A stretch of DNA of 63,013 nucleotides, the filler included, from Choristocarpus tenellus KU-1152 (Eukaryota; Protista; Phaeophyceae), in the NCBI GenBank assembly GCA_964200185.2. It is 10 parts of 10 records of this genome, joined end to end, with 100 filler letters (N's around TTAATTAATTAA, not from the genome) between each part and the next. Parts side by side here need not be neighbours in the genome. Positions count along the whole stretch, not along the records: positions 10,307 to 14,979 come from CAXNAD020013521.1; positions 15,080 to 17,964 come from CAXNAD020023933.1; positions 18,065 to 25,702 come from CAXNAD020005834.1; positions 25,803 to 41,571 come from CAXNAD020000932.1; 6 more parts are not named here. One strand, 5' to 3'. The position numbers and the translations under genes are program-made. Each line of letters begins with the position of its first letter. The stretch's first letter is position 1. The notes beneath the pieces are model-generated. The model had not been told where the DNA came from, did no database searches, and saw nothing but the letters and a program-made list of their open reading frames with translations. Positions 13,480 through 26,211 of this stretch are shown here, piece by piece.

Positions 13480-13758
13480 TCAGTATGGTGGCAGTGTCGG
13501 ACTTGTCCATAACCAGGCACGTGTAGGAGTGTCTTGGTCAATACTGTAGTGTTGGACAAGAAGCTGGATATTTCGCAAGTCGCCATTCTCCCATTTGACC
13601 TCGTAGGGGTAGCTGACTCGCTCCACTCTAGCTTTCACCGTGTAGTGGGGCTGGTACTTGGTCACGGTCCCTCGCATCCACTGATCGTCCCATCTGAAGT
13701 ATAGTCCCCTGCCTTTGACTCTGGCATTGAGTGTTTCTCCCTCATCTAAATCTGGCAC
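13480..13758 (-). other. Tudor/SH3-barrel-like coding fragment
   Basis: VKGRGLYFRWDDQWMRGTVTKY...YPYEVKWENGDLRNIQL fits the Tudor-like pattern W..G.V....Y.V.W.DG. There is no ATG; an upstream stop is in frame. Confidence 0.5.
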
Positions 13759-13762
13759 AGCA

Positions 13763-14460
13763 CTCTCAGTGTCGGTTCAAGGAGTATATATTTCTATGTA
13801 TCCTTCTCCATGTCCCTACGCTTCTGCTGGCGGTCAATGTTTAAACCTGAATCGAATGCATTGTATAAGAAGGGGAATCGTGTGAGGCTCATAACTCTCA
13901 GTGTCGGTTCAAGGAGTATATATTCTATGTATCCTTCTCCATGTCCCTACGCTTCAGCTGGTGGTCAATATTGAAACCTGAATCGAATGCATTGTATATG
14001 TGATACATAGACTACGAAGGAAGAGGAATCATGGTGTTGCAAAGCACCGATGGGTAGGTAGCCTAGTCTGTGATATGAGTAGATGTGATTGTGAAGTAAA
14101 GCACCGATGTACTTGTTCTGTTGCAACTGAAGTTATTGATGTCTCGGTTAAGAATGATGTGATGTGAATACAGTGTTATTTCATGGTATACGTAGTAAAA
14201 GAAGTACATGCTGTTGAAACCTGAATCGAATGCATCGTACATGCAGGCAAATGCGTAGACTACTAGCAATGAGGAATCACGATGTTGCGAATCACCGATG
14301 AGTGGTATGCATAGTCTATTTTATGTATAGGCGAGATTGTGCTGCAATGCACCGATGTATTTATTCTGTTGTAGCTGATGTCATTGATCTCTCAGTCAAG
14401 AATTATGCGATGTAAATTCAGTATTCTTTCATGTGATACTCAACGAAAGAAGTCCCCATG
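13763..14460. repeat. Nested tandem duplications (~130-bp unit x2, then ~245-bp unit x2)
   Basis: CTCTCAGTGTCGGTTCAAGGAGTATATA... at ~13764 and ~13895; AAACCTGAATCGAATGCAT at ~13843, ~13973 and ~14217. Confidence 0.8.
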
Positions 14461-15090
14461 CTCTGTGGAGAGGTTTGTCACCTTGACTGGCAAGGGTTTC
14501 CGCGGATGGTTTTAACTCGGATTATATTACATCCATGTGTGAGTTGATACACAGTGTGCAGAGTTACGTTATGCAATTTGAGACATCAAAAGCTGTGACG
14601 AAAGAAATAATAATCAATCATAAATGTACAACTGTCATCTTCTCCTGATAAGGAGGAAGAGTTGAAGAAAGAAACAAACAACAGAACAACAGAACAAATT
14701 GAAACAATATGTGATACCCACCCTTCTAGCAAGGCAGCAAGGGCCTCATGGCGAGTCCTTCTCACAAGCCGTACGTGCAAGCCCCACCATAAAGGCCTTG
14801 GGAGGTTCTATACTCACCCTTCTTTCTACAGGGGTTCCCTCAGAAGACCTGGCGGAAATTATTGGCCAAGACTGGGTAACTTGGGGGGGAACAGCACCAC
14901 CTGCACCTACCCCCGAGATTCACATACTGGCAGCTCATGACGCCAGGATCACAAGGAGGGCTCAGCATGAGATCACACGNNNNNNNNNNNNNNNNNNNNN
15001 NNNNNNNNNNNNNNNNNNNNNNNTTAATTAATTAANNNNNNNNNNNNNNNNNNNNNNNNNNNNNNNNNNNNNNNNNNNNGAGGATCCCCT

Positions 15091-15249
15091 GTTAGTAGGA
15101 AAAATATATATATGTTGTGAAAAGGTGTGTTCGGAACATGGATATTGACACTTCCTAACAAACACGATAGTCAAAATTACATCAAAATCGCAACATTCGA
15201 TTTTTCCCCCCAAACGGACGCGAGTCTAACCTCTAAGATACTTTGACTC
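15091..15249 (+). mobile_element. MITE family 1, partial copy
   Basis: 3' half ending CTCTAAGATACTTTGACTC. Confidence 0.88.
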
Positions 15250-16359
15250 TCAAACGTGGTTGGATCTTCAACCATGTCGGAGCACTGCTCTGCAGTCTCC
15301 GCTGCTTCGGGAAAGCAGGAAGAGAGCAGCGAGTCCATCACCAGGTGTGTTACAGTGACGAAGTCTGTGGGGAAACCTGGTCACGGTGGGCGAAGGGAGA
15401 ACCAGAGTGACCGCCCGAAGGGAAGGTTGGAGAGGAGAGCAGTGTGACTGCATGCCGTTGGGCTCAGCAAATGCCTAAGCGAAAACCCGGGTGTAGAATA
15501 TCTTAGTAGTCGACAGTTGCAGCAGGTCCTAGGTGTTTGGAATGTGAGCCAGAGTGGCTTAGGGAACGAGTAAGAAGGTGTTAGGGTTGGGCTACAAGGG
15601 CTCTGAAGCTGAAAGAAGGTAACCCATTTCCGGCGCTCAACAAGGAAATGTGATAGTAAAGTCTCTAACACTGCAAATCCTGTACCTGTGTATGAACGAC
15701 GGGAAAGACTGCAAACGGCGTTCGAGATGGCAGCAGAATATGCAATGGTCAGTCGGAAACTGTGAGCAAATAGGAGAGAGACTTCCTAACTAAGGGCCAC
15801 ATCAAGGTGTCGGAGCAAGGGCGCGACGAGAGGCATTTCGTTCTAGGCCTCGACGAGGACATCCTTGGCGAGGTCGAAGAGTGGGTGCGTGAACACACAG
15901 GAAGAAAGGATGGGGAGGCTTTTTCTCATCTAAACCGTATACTTTAATCAAGTAATAGTATATCTGTTGCCACTCTTGGTGACCTACAATCCAGGGTTCG
16001 AACCCCAATATGACTGGTCTTTCTTCAAAAATAGAAAAAAATGGTGAAAAAATAGTACGAAGCTCGTACTCTGGAGGGCATTGTGACAGGCATCACGAAT
16101 ATGCTTTAATTTTTTTAATCCGATGCCTCTACATCAAACGTAATGACAGGACAACCCCAGACGTATAAGCTATTGGTACCACTATACTAGTACTCACGAA
16201 GTATTATATTTTACCCATTTCGTACTGAAAAATGGAGTGACCACACTGACATAAGAAGAGTAATATTGCGCAGTTCGTACTGTACTCTAGTAACTTGACT
16301 CCATCGAACGCAATATTCACTCACTTGCTCTAAATTCTCTTCGAGTCACAAAGCATTGT

Positions 16360-16615
16360 GAATCAAAGTAAACGAGACGAACCCAGGTTTGCATATTAAG
16401 GATACCTGGATATATGTCCAAAATTCGCCTTTTTTTACAAAAACGTACAGTATATTCCGAATTACGAAGAAAGGTTTCAAACAATAGAAAAATCAACCCT
16501 CTCATTTCAAATTTAGATCTTCATCCATACAAATATATATGAATTACAAAAGATTGAAAAACTGTCTTACAATGCAAAACGGTCAAACCTCAGTACCTCT
16601 TGTTTACTTTGGCTC
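16360..16615 (-). mobile_element. MITE family 4 copy
   Basis: GAATCAAAGTAAACGAG...CTTGTTTACTTTGGCTC; inverted homologue of 34458-34714. Confidence 0.85.
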
Positions 16616-16798
16616 TATGTAGAACAAAACCCTACGTTTCTCACCTCCCATTCCAGCACACACAAACACACCCACACACTGTCACTCCAGATAATTTCTG
16701 ATATCACTGTTTCGTGAACGAAAGTGGAAGTTTTCATACGTCGGAAAAATCATGATTTAACTCATCTGTGCTTCACAAATCCTTGGGAAAAATATGTT

Positions 16799-17964
16799 CA
16801 GTCGATGTACCTATATAAGAGAGGGTAGGGGCCAGCATAACCCCCCTCTCTTATACCCCAATCCTCTCTTATTGTATATAAGAGTGTTTTTCTCTTAAGT
16901 CATGGGATCGTGATAAGAGAAACCTATTTTATATCGAGCAAAAGTTGTTGTAGGCACTTTACTTGTCCCCAAACGACGACAGAGCGACGCTCTTACTGTA
17001 TGTGCTTCCCATGTGCCTTCAAGAGTAGTTGCATGTAGATCTGTGTTAACATTGCCCTCAGTGAGTCCATTTCGATGGAGCCGTGGTGGTGCAGCAAGCA
17101 CCACGTGTAGACCACCCCTCCATATTATACCACTGTCGTATGTATATCGTATTGTAACTTTGGTAAAATTGCACTCATATCACGATGTATTAACTCATAT
17201 GTATAGTGCACCTTCCCAAGAAAAGCATCCGCAAGCCGTTGAATGGGTGGACAGACGACTCGCAGCTCTAATCAAATCAACAACATGTTCAAAGCCAACC
17301 TCCCTCCAATGCCCTGCCCTACGTATTCAATTCCACCCTGCATGGATAATATACAGTACAGTATAAAAAAACACCACCATGGATCAAACGCAGCTGCACT
17401 ACCATTCACCTCCCACCGCACACACTAAGTAAACAACTTATTCGCTGATAAAAAAATCGCGAGTGCTAAAGAAATCTCAAATGTCCGCTTGTTTGATTGC
17501 CCTTGCCCCGATTGCGCTGTACCAAGCCAGCTTTGCTCTCTGGAGATGGTACTAAACATCGTTCATGCTGCACTCTTTGACGTTTGTTTCTAAGCTTGCA
17601 AACTCGTCAGCTACTTGAGAGTATGACGGTGGAGGAATCGGGAACACCGAAGAGGCTGCTCCTTTCCTCCAATCGTCATCCTCATCACCCGAGCTTTCAT
17701 TGTCTGACTGGTACAAGAATTTCTGGAGCAGCTGGTCTTTTATGTCCTCTAGTATCGCATTGACCACTTCACCATTGTCTTTCACACCAATCCATACTCT
17801 TGCTGCACTGATGGAAGCCTGAGACAGTTTCCCACCAGGTTTGAGGTGCAGAGCGTCAAGAGCATTAGAGAGATCATCATTAATATATAGGGACACCTTG
17901 TGGGACGTACCTCTACGAGCAAAATGGTCCCTCATGATACTACAGTACACAGTATAGACAACGC
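16799..17964 (-). mobile_element. pogo/Tigger-like DNA transposon, 3' half (contig-truncated)
   Basis: Terminus CAGTCGATGTACCTATATAAGAGAGG. Colinear with 41752-43030. Minus ORF 17552-17950 encodes the same C-terminal domain (DALHLKPGGK...PPPSYSQVADEFASLE). Confidence 0.75.
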
Positions 17965-18064
17965 NNNNNNNNNNNNNNNNNNNNNNNNNNNNNNNNNNNN
18001 NNNNNNNNTTAATTAATTAANNNNNNNNNNNNNNNNNNNNNNNNNNNNNNNNNNNNNNNNNNNN

Positions 18065-18479
18065 ATAGTGTTCTAGTAGTGTTATCAGTTATATCGTCAA
18101 GAGTCTTATCAAGAGTCTTTTTTGTAAGGGATAGGCCTGGGGTGGGGTTGGAAATAAAAACAGATTTTTTGGAGGGTGGTCTCGTATGGATGGTGCCAAT
18201 AGTCCAGTAGAGTACTATTAATACATTTATACCATGAAGAAGCGGATTGTTAATTCACTATTTTATCTTAATTTATTTACATTTTACATACTATAAGTTA
18301 CATACTAGATAAGTTGGGGGAAGTTCATATACACATTTTTCAGTGGAATAAGCTCCTTGTTGATTTAGAAATCTGTTAGTACTCTATGTGTTGTGTTATA
18401 ATAGTGTTCTAGTAGTGTTATCAGTTATATCGTCAAGAGTCTTATCAAGAGTCTTTTTTGTAAGGGATAGGCCTGGGGT
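18065..18479. repeat. Direct repeat, 336-bp period
   Basis: ATAGTGTTCTAGTAGTGTTATCAG...GGCCTGGGGT occurs identically at 18065 and 18401. Confidence 0.85.
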
Positions 18480-18692
18480 CAGGGTTGGTCTGTGTCATAT
18501 CGTCCTCCCATACCCCGTAAAGTATTAATCTGTGAATATCCTCCTCACTTGCACTTGATTCTTTGATATTGCTTACACACTCACTCTCACCCTCTTTTTT
18601 TGACACCTATCCCAATGGTGGTACCTTTACCCTTCTTTTTTTTCTTTCTCCCCCTCCCCCCCAATGCCTTTTCTATTTATGTTATTTTTCAG

Positions 18693-21600
18693 AGTGAACA
18701 ATATCCGCACCTCTCATGCATACATCAAGAACAATCCAGATCGAATCCGTAAGCTAAATGACATTGGATTCCTTTGGAAGAGTGTTAGGCACTCCAGCTT
18801 CAGCAAGGTGGTCAGTGCACTAAAGGTGGGGTCATGGTGTTTTCTCTCCAAAATTGAATTTTATTTTATTTTATTTTTATTGTTTTTTTTGTGCAAGAGG
18901 GGGATGATTTCAGTAACTTTTTAAAATGTTTTTTCTTACTGCTGTAAAATAAAAAAAGTGAATAAGTACATGCCTAGGAAGTCATGCCTAGAAAAGGTAA
19001 CCTTCGGGATAAGGTGTGTGTTTTATGTCAAAAATGAATATCAATAATTAATATCAATAATGAATAGTTTGATGGTGACTGTTTTTAATCAATGAACATC
19101 ATTAATGGACAGTTTGATGGTGACTGGATTTAATCAACGAATATCAAGTTCATTATTGGCTTCCATAAAAAAAAAAAATGCTTCCTCTGTTCAGAATCAA
19201 ATGCAATATGTAACACATAACTTTTGCAGCCCCGGTGAAAAAGCGAGAATTTTTTAAATGTTTTGACATGTTTGAACATGTTTTGAACATGTTTTGACAT
19301 GTTTTGAACATGTTTTGAACATGTTTTGACATGTTTTGAACATGTCTTGAAATTTTCATAATCTATGGGTGTATTGCGCAGCAGACACATAAACAGTTGC
19401 CCACCAAAGCCTCAAAACAAAATGGGGCAGCCTACACCTATCTATGATTCTGCCCCTAGAGCCCTCCATGATTCCATTCCAGTACGGTATTTTGCCTCAT
19501 CCACTGAGACATTCGGGGGGAGCTTGCCTTCTCAGCCTTATCTTTTCCTTGGTGAGATGGGGAATTTTGAAGAGGAAAAGGCGTTGTCACCGTAGACATG
19601 CTCTAGTCTCTCCTCCATAGTAACCTCCATCGGCTCCTCTGTATTGGTCAACCCCATGTCTTCCTTCAGTTGCTGGATGGAATGAAAGGATCCCAGGTCG
19701 TTGATGTCATGTTAATGTTAATGTCATGTTAATGTTGATGTTGATGTTGAAGTCAGTTGATGTTGAAGTTACAACAATATTGTCCCTCGCTGCCTCCATA
19801 ATCCCCCCTTGGTGTCCTTATGACCTTATATAATAATAATGCCCTTGGCTGCCATTATGACATGCTCAAGGATGACCTTTTTATACCTCTCCCCGTCCAC
19901 TGTGACTGGCACAAGCACCTTGTTTCCCTTAAGATGAGTGACCTTATTGTTCACGATTGGCCAGGTCCTGACATTCCCATCGAACCACATCCAATTGGAT
20001 AGCTTCCTAGGGGGGAGTGACAGCTATAAGGAACATTACCTTTGAAATGGAACACTTATTCTTTGAGGTGGAACACTTATTCTTATTTTAAACGGAACAC
20101 TTAAAAATAAGAATAAGAATAAGAGCATTAAAAAAAAAAAGATGGCTAAAACCAACCCAATAGTAACCCAACGGGTGAGAATCGAGACGCAAACGGAGAC
20201 AGGCCAACGGGTGAGAACAATAGTCTAACATTAGTAGTCTAACATTAATAGTCTAACAATAGTAGTCTAATTAGTAGTCTAACATTAATAGTCTAACATT
20301 AATAGGCTAACATTAGTCCTATTAGTAGTGTAATAACTGCCTCCTGGGACACCCATCCTCTCAATAGTGTACTATTGGGAAAAAATCTGTTGTACTATTG
20401 GTAGAAGTGGATAGGAAGTGGGGAGTGTCTGACAACAGGTAGTTCCTATTCTAACATCCACCACTTCGTGTGCAGCAATGGCAATGGTAGTGGTAATAAT
20501 AAAAATAATAATAGGTGTAGACTATCTTCAGGAACTATTTTAGTTAGGGTTAGGGTTAGGGTTTTTGTCAAGTGATAAATAAAATAAAATATGTCACTTG
20601 ATATCTCTTTTTAGCAGCCCAGGCATACTTCATTCGGAGTGGGAGTACTGTTTCCAGTTTTTGATTTTTTATCGGTTTGTTGAAATAAAGGTATAGCAAG
20701 CTCACCACTAAAAGGTACTATTCTGTTACCGTGTACATAAGCTCTTGTCATATTGCTCAGTTCTGTGTTATACATATATATCATATATATTAGTGCATGT
20801 ATTTTCAACAAGAGTATAGATAAATTATATGTATCATTGCACAACCTCAGCCCCTCTCCACTGTATTCTCAAACATGCAGACCACAGAAGGTGCAATCTA
20901 AATATAGGGTACAATCTAACCTAATAGTGTGTTCAATCTAAATATACACCTGGATTCCTAACAAATCAACATTGCTGTTGACTGTTGTCAGACGTACAAG
21001 ATGTTGAAGGGTGATTCGATAGTTCCTAGTTCCTTTGTTGTTCCACTCACTCTACCGTGGCCCTCATCATTGTGGGGCCTGAGGCTAGGTGAAGCTCTGG
21101 TAGATATCCGCAGCAAGGGAAGGTGAGATGAGGTGGCTTTAGGAAGTGGAGCACAAAACTGTACCTGTTTCTTCTATTATTTTTGTTATTATTAATATTA
21201 TTATTATCAATACTGTTGTCAATTCATAATGTTTTTGCTATTATATTTAATATTATTACTATTATTGCTGTGGTGGACTCATAATATTTTGCTAATATTT
21301 TTAATTTTTTTTTGTGGTGATGCCTCTACCCAGCAAACGTTACACAGCATTGGTTGTTATGATTATCAGTGTCGCTCTTGGATTGATATGATATAATGGG
21401 GTGCGTTCTCTCTGCAGTATTGATATGGAAACATGTTGTACTGGCCTTGAATTGAGTTTTTTGGGTGCAAAGAGGCGTCTGGTGGTTGTGTGTAAGGTGT
21501 GTAAGGTAGTGCAAATGGAGGTCGTTTATTTTAATTGCTGTTCAATTTTGTTGTCTTCTGTTTTTGTGACTAACCCTAACCCTAACCCTAACCCAACATT

Positions 21601-23468
21601 GACTTGCTATGTTTCACTTGTGTATGTAGTTGGTTTGGTGATAGGGACCTACAGCAAAGGTCAGCTGTGGTCCATTTTCAACATTATGTAGGCAATAATG
21701 GTGTTTTCCTAAATACAGAAAAAAATAATAATGATGTTCTTATCAGGTACTGAATGTGCTCATCGGAGTAGTATGTTGTAGTAACGCTACTAGAGTGGCA
21801 ACACAGTATGTAGAACACTTTCTGATACAGTCTCTCCCAATGCCTTGGAAAAGGAAATACACACTACCTTTCTGTGACCTCTGGTAAGATCTGTACACTT
21901 GGCTTTTGGCAACATGCCATGGCTCATTACAGTGCAGTGATCACTGGTATTATTAACACCTTGGACAAAATTTGTATTGTGCACTTTCATTCCAATGTAA
22001 TGTAAAAAAAGAAAGTGAAGTATGAAGGGAGTGAAGTATGAAGGAAGTGAAGTATAAAGGAAGTGAGGTATAAAGGGAGTGAAGTATGAAGGAAATTAAG
22101 TATGAAGGAAGTGAAGTATGAAGGAAGTGAAGTATGAAGGAAGTGAAGTCTGCTCTTGTGACTCGAGAAAGGTAGGGGGTTTACCTCCGTATGGGAACAT
22201 CATCATGGCATCCCCCTCAAGGCTTTTGTTGTAGATGACTAAAGTTCTGCTCTAAATGATCTCTTGTGGTTTATCTTGTTGGACAGGTATTTGAAGGGGG
22301 AAGGGGCTACCCAGAGGCGAAACCAGCTTGAACACCTTGGGGCCTTTGATCAGAGCATGGTGAGGTTGTGCTATGTATATGTGTGTTGTATGTGTGTTTC
22401 TGACAAGTCTGCAGCGCTTCTTCTAGTCAGCCACCTGTTGATAAAAAATCGTTTTTTTTAATTCCGTGAGGTCGTTGTGTTTCTCCGCCTGCTTGTCATT
22501 TTTTCTTACTATATGTTTCAAGTTTCATAGAGGGGGGGCGTGTTGGTTCTGAAGGGTATTGAAAAGGGCAAAGGGGGTCACACCTGGAAGGATGTGTATG
22601 GGGTACTGTAAGATTAATGGTACTAATAGTACCATTATTGATAGTAGCTGTTGGTGGGATGGGATGTGATACAAGGTGCGGCTCATAGTCCATACAATGT
22701 ATAATATGCACAATACAAATGTTTCAACAGGCATTGATCGATATGTACAACAAAAGAGATGCAATAGTAAGGGAGACTTAAATGTTGTGCGAACTTAAAG
22801 CAGCGTTTGAAGTGCAAGAGGTCTAGTCTAGACCAATACGTATGTATGAGAGATATGGGTGTCAGAGATGATGAGTGGTGGGTGGTATGACAAAAATATT
22901 TGTAGAAGACTCTTTTGGGCTATACCGTCCACAACAGTAACCACTATGTATTACACCGTCTATTATACCGCCATACCACCTTTTGCAGTTATCGGATCTA
23001 ATTTAATTACCAGCCTTACACTCTCTTGAGACCTCGCCAAGAGGTACTCCTCCCATGCCTAGGTCATTACCTCCCCTCCCTGATTTTGCACTAGGTTACA
23101 ACACACATATCACTCACTCAGTCAACACTTTTTCCAAATTCAGTCAAAGTGAAACACGCCTCCTCCACAACCAACTGATGTGCATGCAGGGTACTGTCCT
23201 CAAGCAGATGGTGCTGGTCCTTGAGACATACAAGAGGCTGGTCGGCAACGTCAATGTTACCCAGAAGTTTGTTGTACCTTCAGAGGAGCCATGGCCTCAG
23301 GAGAGTTGGGGCCACCAGCTAGGTTATTTCCTGTATCGTCTCAGGCGAAACCCCACACGCCTGAAACGGTACCCGGATATAAAGGCCAAGATGGACGCCC
23401 TTGGATTCCAGTGGGATATGCCCTGCAAAGGTCCTAAGGGACCACACAAAACTCTAGATAGATTATAG
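18693..23468 (+). CDS. Helicase-associated (HA, PF03457-like) repeat protein, 3' exons: 18693-18825, 20992-21122, 22287-22359, 23190-23468
   Basis: Phase-consistent GT-AG exons give repeats of the stramenopile HA motif AL-xYK-L-G...FVVP...WP...WG..LG...IR...L..LGF.W, e.g. ALK|TYKMLKGDSIVPSSFVVPLTLPWPSSLWGLRLG and LETYKRLVGNVNVTQKFVVPSEEPWPQESWGHQLG...MDALGFQWD. Confidence 0.85.
19258..19352. repeat. Minisatellite, ATGTTTTGA(A)C 10-11 bp units
   Basis: About 9 tandem units read directly. Confidence 0.9.
20219..20320. repeat. Minisatellite, TAGTCTAACATTA(G/A) ~14 bp units
   Basis: Tandem units read directly. Confidence 0.85.
22013..22149. repeat. Minisatellite, GAAGTGAAGTATGAAG 16 bp units
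   Basis: About 8 tandem units. Confidence 0.9.
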
Positions 23469-25802
23469 AGGGGTAAGAGGTAGCGGCAATGCCAGTGTTA
23501 TTATAGCCTTGAGGAGTAGGAAGAGTTCAGGACTGCAGAAGGGGGGGGTACGAGAAGTACCCCTGGTTAGCCCTTGGAGTGAGGGATTGACTTTGGTTTT
23601 GTGCAGACGGTCCAAAGCGAGAACTGTGTGCTTTTTGAGTACTGGAGTATTTTGCGTGTTGAAATACTTTTTGGGGATGCAGTCAGTGACAGTGAGGGGA
23701 AAGGCTGCTGTGCTGCCTCGATAGATGTATATAGGAGTACTACTACTGTGGTCTTTTTTTGTGCAATTGTGGAGTTTTGTGCTGCTGTTTCATATGAAGC
23801 TATTAGCAAAACGATTGTACTTTTCTGTGTGCTTGTGTGTTTTGGACCCTCCCTCTGTGGGATGAAATGGTATGAGACTACTCTTATTCATTTGGTTTTT
23901 GGTGTGAGGGTAGTGAATTTGGGACTGCTTGGCGTGTCATTCAATAGGCTGTAGTGAAGATCAGCAGCTTGTTGAATCGTGTTTGCTTTATTTTTTCGTT
24001 TTGGCCGGAAAGTGTTCCTAGACGGTGGAAGACCAGGCTTCACAGTTTGCGAACTCTCCTTGTACAAGAATGACTCCCTATTACCTCAACAGCTCTATGT
24101 TACTGTTACATAATCCTCCTGAATTTGCTTAGTACAGTGTTCCTGTACATTGAGCATAAGAGGGATTAGAATGCCCTTTTCTCCTGCTCTGGAAGTGAAA
24201 CTGTCAATTTTCATTTTTCAGTGGTCATTATGAGGAACAGTGATCCCTCTTGTATTGTGATGCGCTCTTGTTGATGTAGTGACTATACAGTAATTGGACA
24301 CTGGTGCCCTCTTGCACATTTGTAGCAGTACCAATTAATTATCGATAATGCACTTGAAAACAATGTAATCTCTCTAGTACAGTCAGACCTGCTGATATGC
24401 ATAATGGTGGTATAGTGCCCAGTTGTGTATTAAGAACTGACAGGTCTCTCTCTTTTTTCTTGAAATCAATCTACACACTTCAAGAGTAAGCTGTACATGT
24501 GTGTGTGCATGATGTGGAGATGCACTGGAGAAACAGGCACGAAATATTTTGAATCCAGTTGCGACAAATACAGGCATAGATAGACCCACACAGGATGCAC
24601 ACCCTCTTCCAAGGTGGCCACATCCCCCTCAGGAAGGGTTCTCTGCCTGCCAATCAATGAGAAGATTAAGTAAGTTAGTTCTCTTGCTCCCGTGAAAAAA
24701 GAAATGCATGTATCGAAAATGTATCGAAAAAATAGGATCAACCCAACTCACCCATAATCATATTCTCGCCCAATACAAAAGATACAAGATAGCAAGCATG
24801 AGCATCGCCATTAACATAATGGTTATGTCATGGTTCATGAAAAAGAGCGCCAAGGTATATATGTATTCCATGTATACCCTTTTTTGTTAAGCAAAAGTTT
24901 GATACATTTTTTGAAGATAACGCTTCTAAGAAAAAAAACAAGAAAGTAAATTACATATTCTAGAATACATATAATAACAAAAAAGGAATGTTTTTAACAT
25001 AGTGGTGGCCTTCCCACACAACACCATACGTGGCAAAGATATGTATACACATACATTCTAGGTAATACATGCATATGCAAATATGGTTACAGTACCTGAA
25101 CATAAGACATCAAGACAAACATCTTCCATCCAAACATACCTCTACTACGTAATCCACTCCCTCTCCCTACCTATGCTGTACACAAAAGCACATACCTTTT
25201 GGAAGGAGGGATTTGCCTGGGTGCCGCCAATAGCGTCCTTGGTCACCTTGACTGTCAATGGCATAGTTGTCCTATTTCTTCAATTTAATAAACACAGGGA
25301 AGAGATGAATAAGGGTACAAAAAAGGCACAAAGTTACAAAAATTACCATTGGTTAGAATCGATTTTAACTCCAAGTAGTTCAATACTCTCGGAACAATGG
25401 TCTTGTCTCAAAAGAAAGCAAAAGGAGACTCCATCACAAAAAATTGTAGTATATTTAAACTATACAGAAATGACAGAAACAGGGGCGAAGAGAAATCCGG
25501 AAAACAAACTTAAGCGGCAAAACAAATGTTACAATGTCGTTATCTTGACTCCCCTTGAGACTACAAAAATATGTACATTTCATTGCAATGCTGAAAAGGC
25601 AGGTGAGGGGGGGGGGGGGGGGGGGGGGGGGAAAAAAAAAACACGTGTGGGGGGGGGGGTGGGGGGGTGTTGGTGTGGCACAAATAGGTGGGGTGAAATT
25701 TTNNNNNNNNNNNNNNNNNNNNNNNNNNNNNNNNNNNNNNNNNNNNTTAATTAATTAANNNNNNNNNNNNNNNNNNNNNNNNNNNNNNNNNNNNNNNNNN
25801 NN

Positions 25803-25961
25803 GGGGGGGATCTACACCAAGGTGTCCATTCGGGCCTTGACCAGGAGAAGTGAACTTACATTAACCATCCGACTCATGCAACCAAATCGCCCAAAACTCG
25901 TGACATCGCAAAATGGGCCCCGAATGGACAGCTGCCATCCCCTCCCCAAATAATTTGAGCC
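25803..25961 (+). mobile_element. MITE family 2 copy (contig-truncated)
   Basis: Interior plus the 3' TIR ...TTTGAGCC. Confidence 0.87.
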
Positions 25962-26211
25962 TGGTAGTGAGGCCTGAACTGGTGTTGTTGTACTAAATAT
26001 ATTACACAGTATAGTCCTAGCACTATCTGAAGGAGCGATGGTGGAAAGCTACCTAGCACTATGTGACATATCCCAAAAACAGATCAATCATGCCTGTGCT
26101 GGCTGCAACAAGGCGACTTGGAAGAGGGAACTGCATCATGGCACAACCCCCAGGGATATAAAGAGTGAGCAAAAACAATGATTGGTTAAGAAAAATGATT
26201 AGAACTGCCTC

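Noticed and set aside
15990-16010. GGGTTCGAACCCC as part of a tRNA gene
   Set aside because: It is an isolated T-arm-like palindrome with no A box or cloverleaf.
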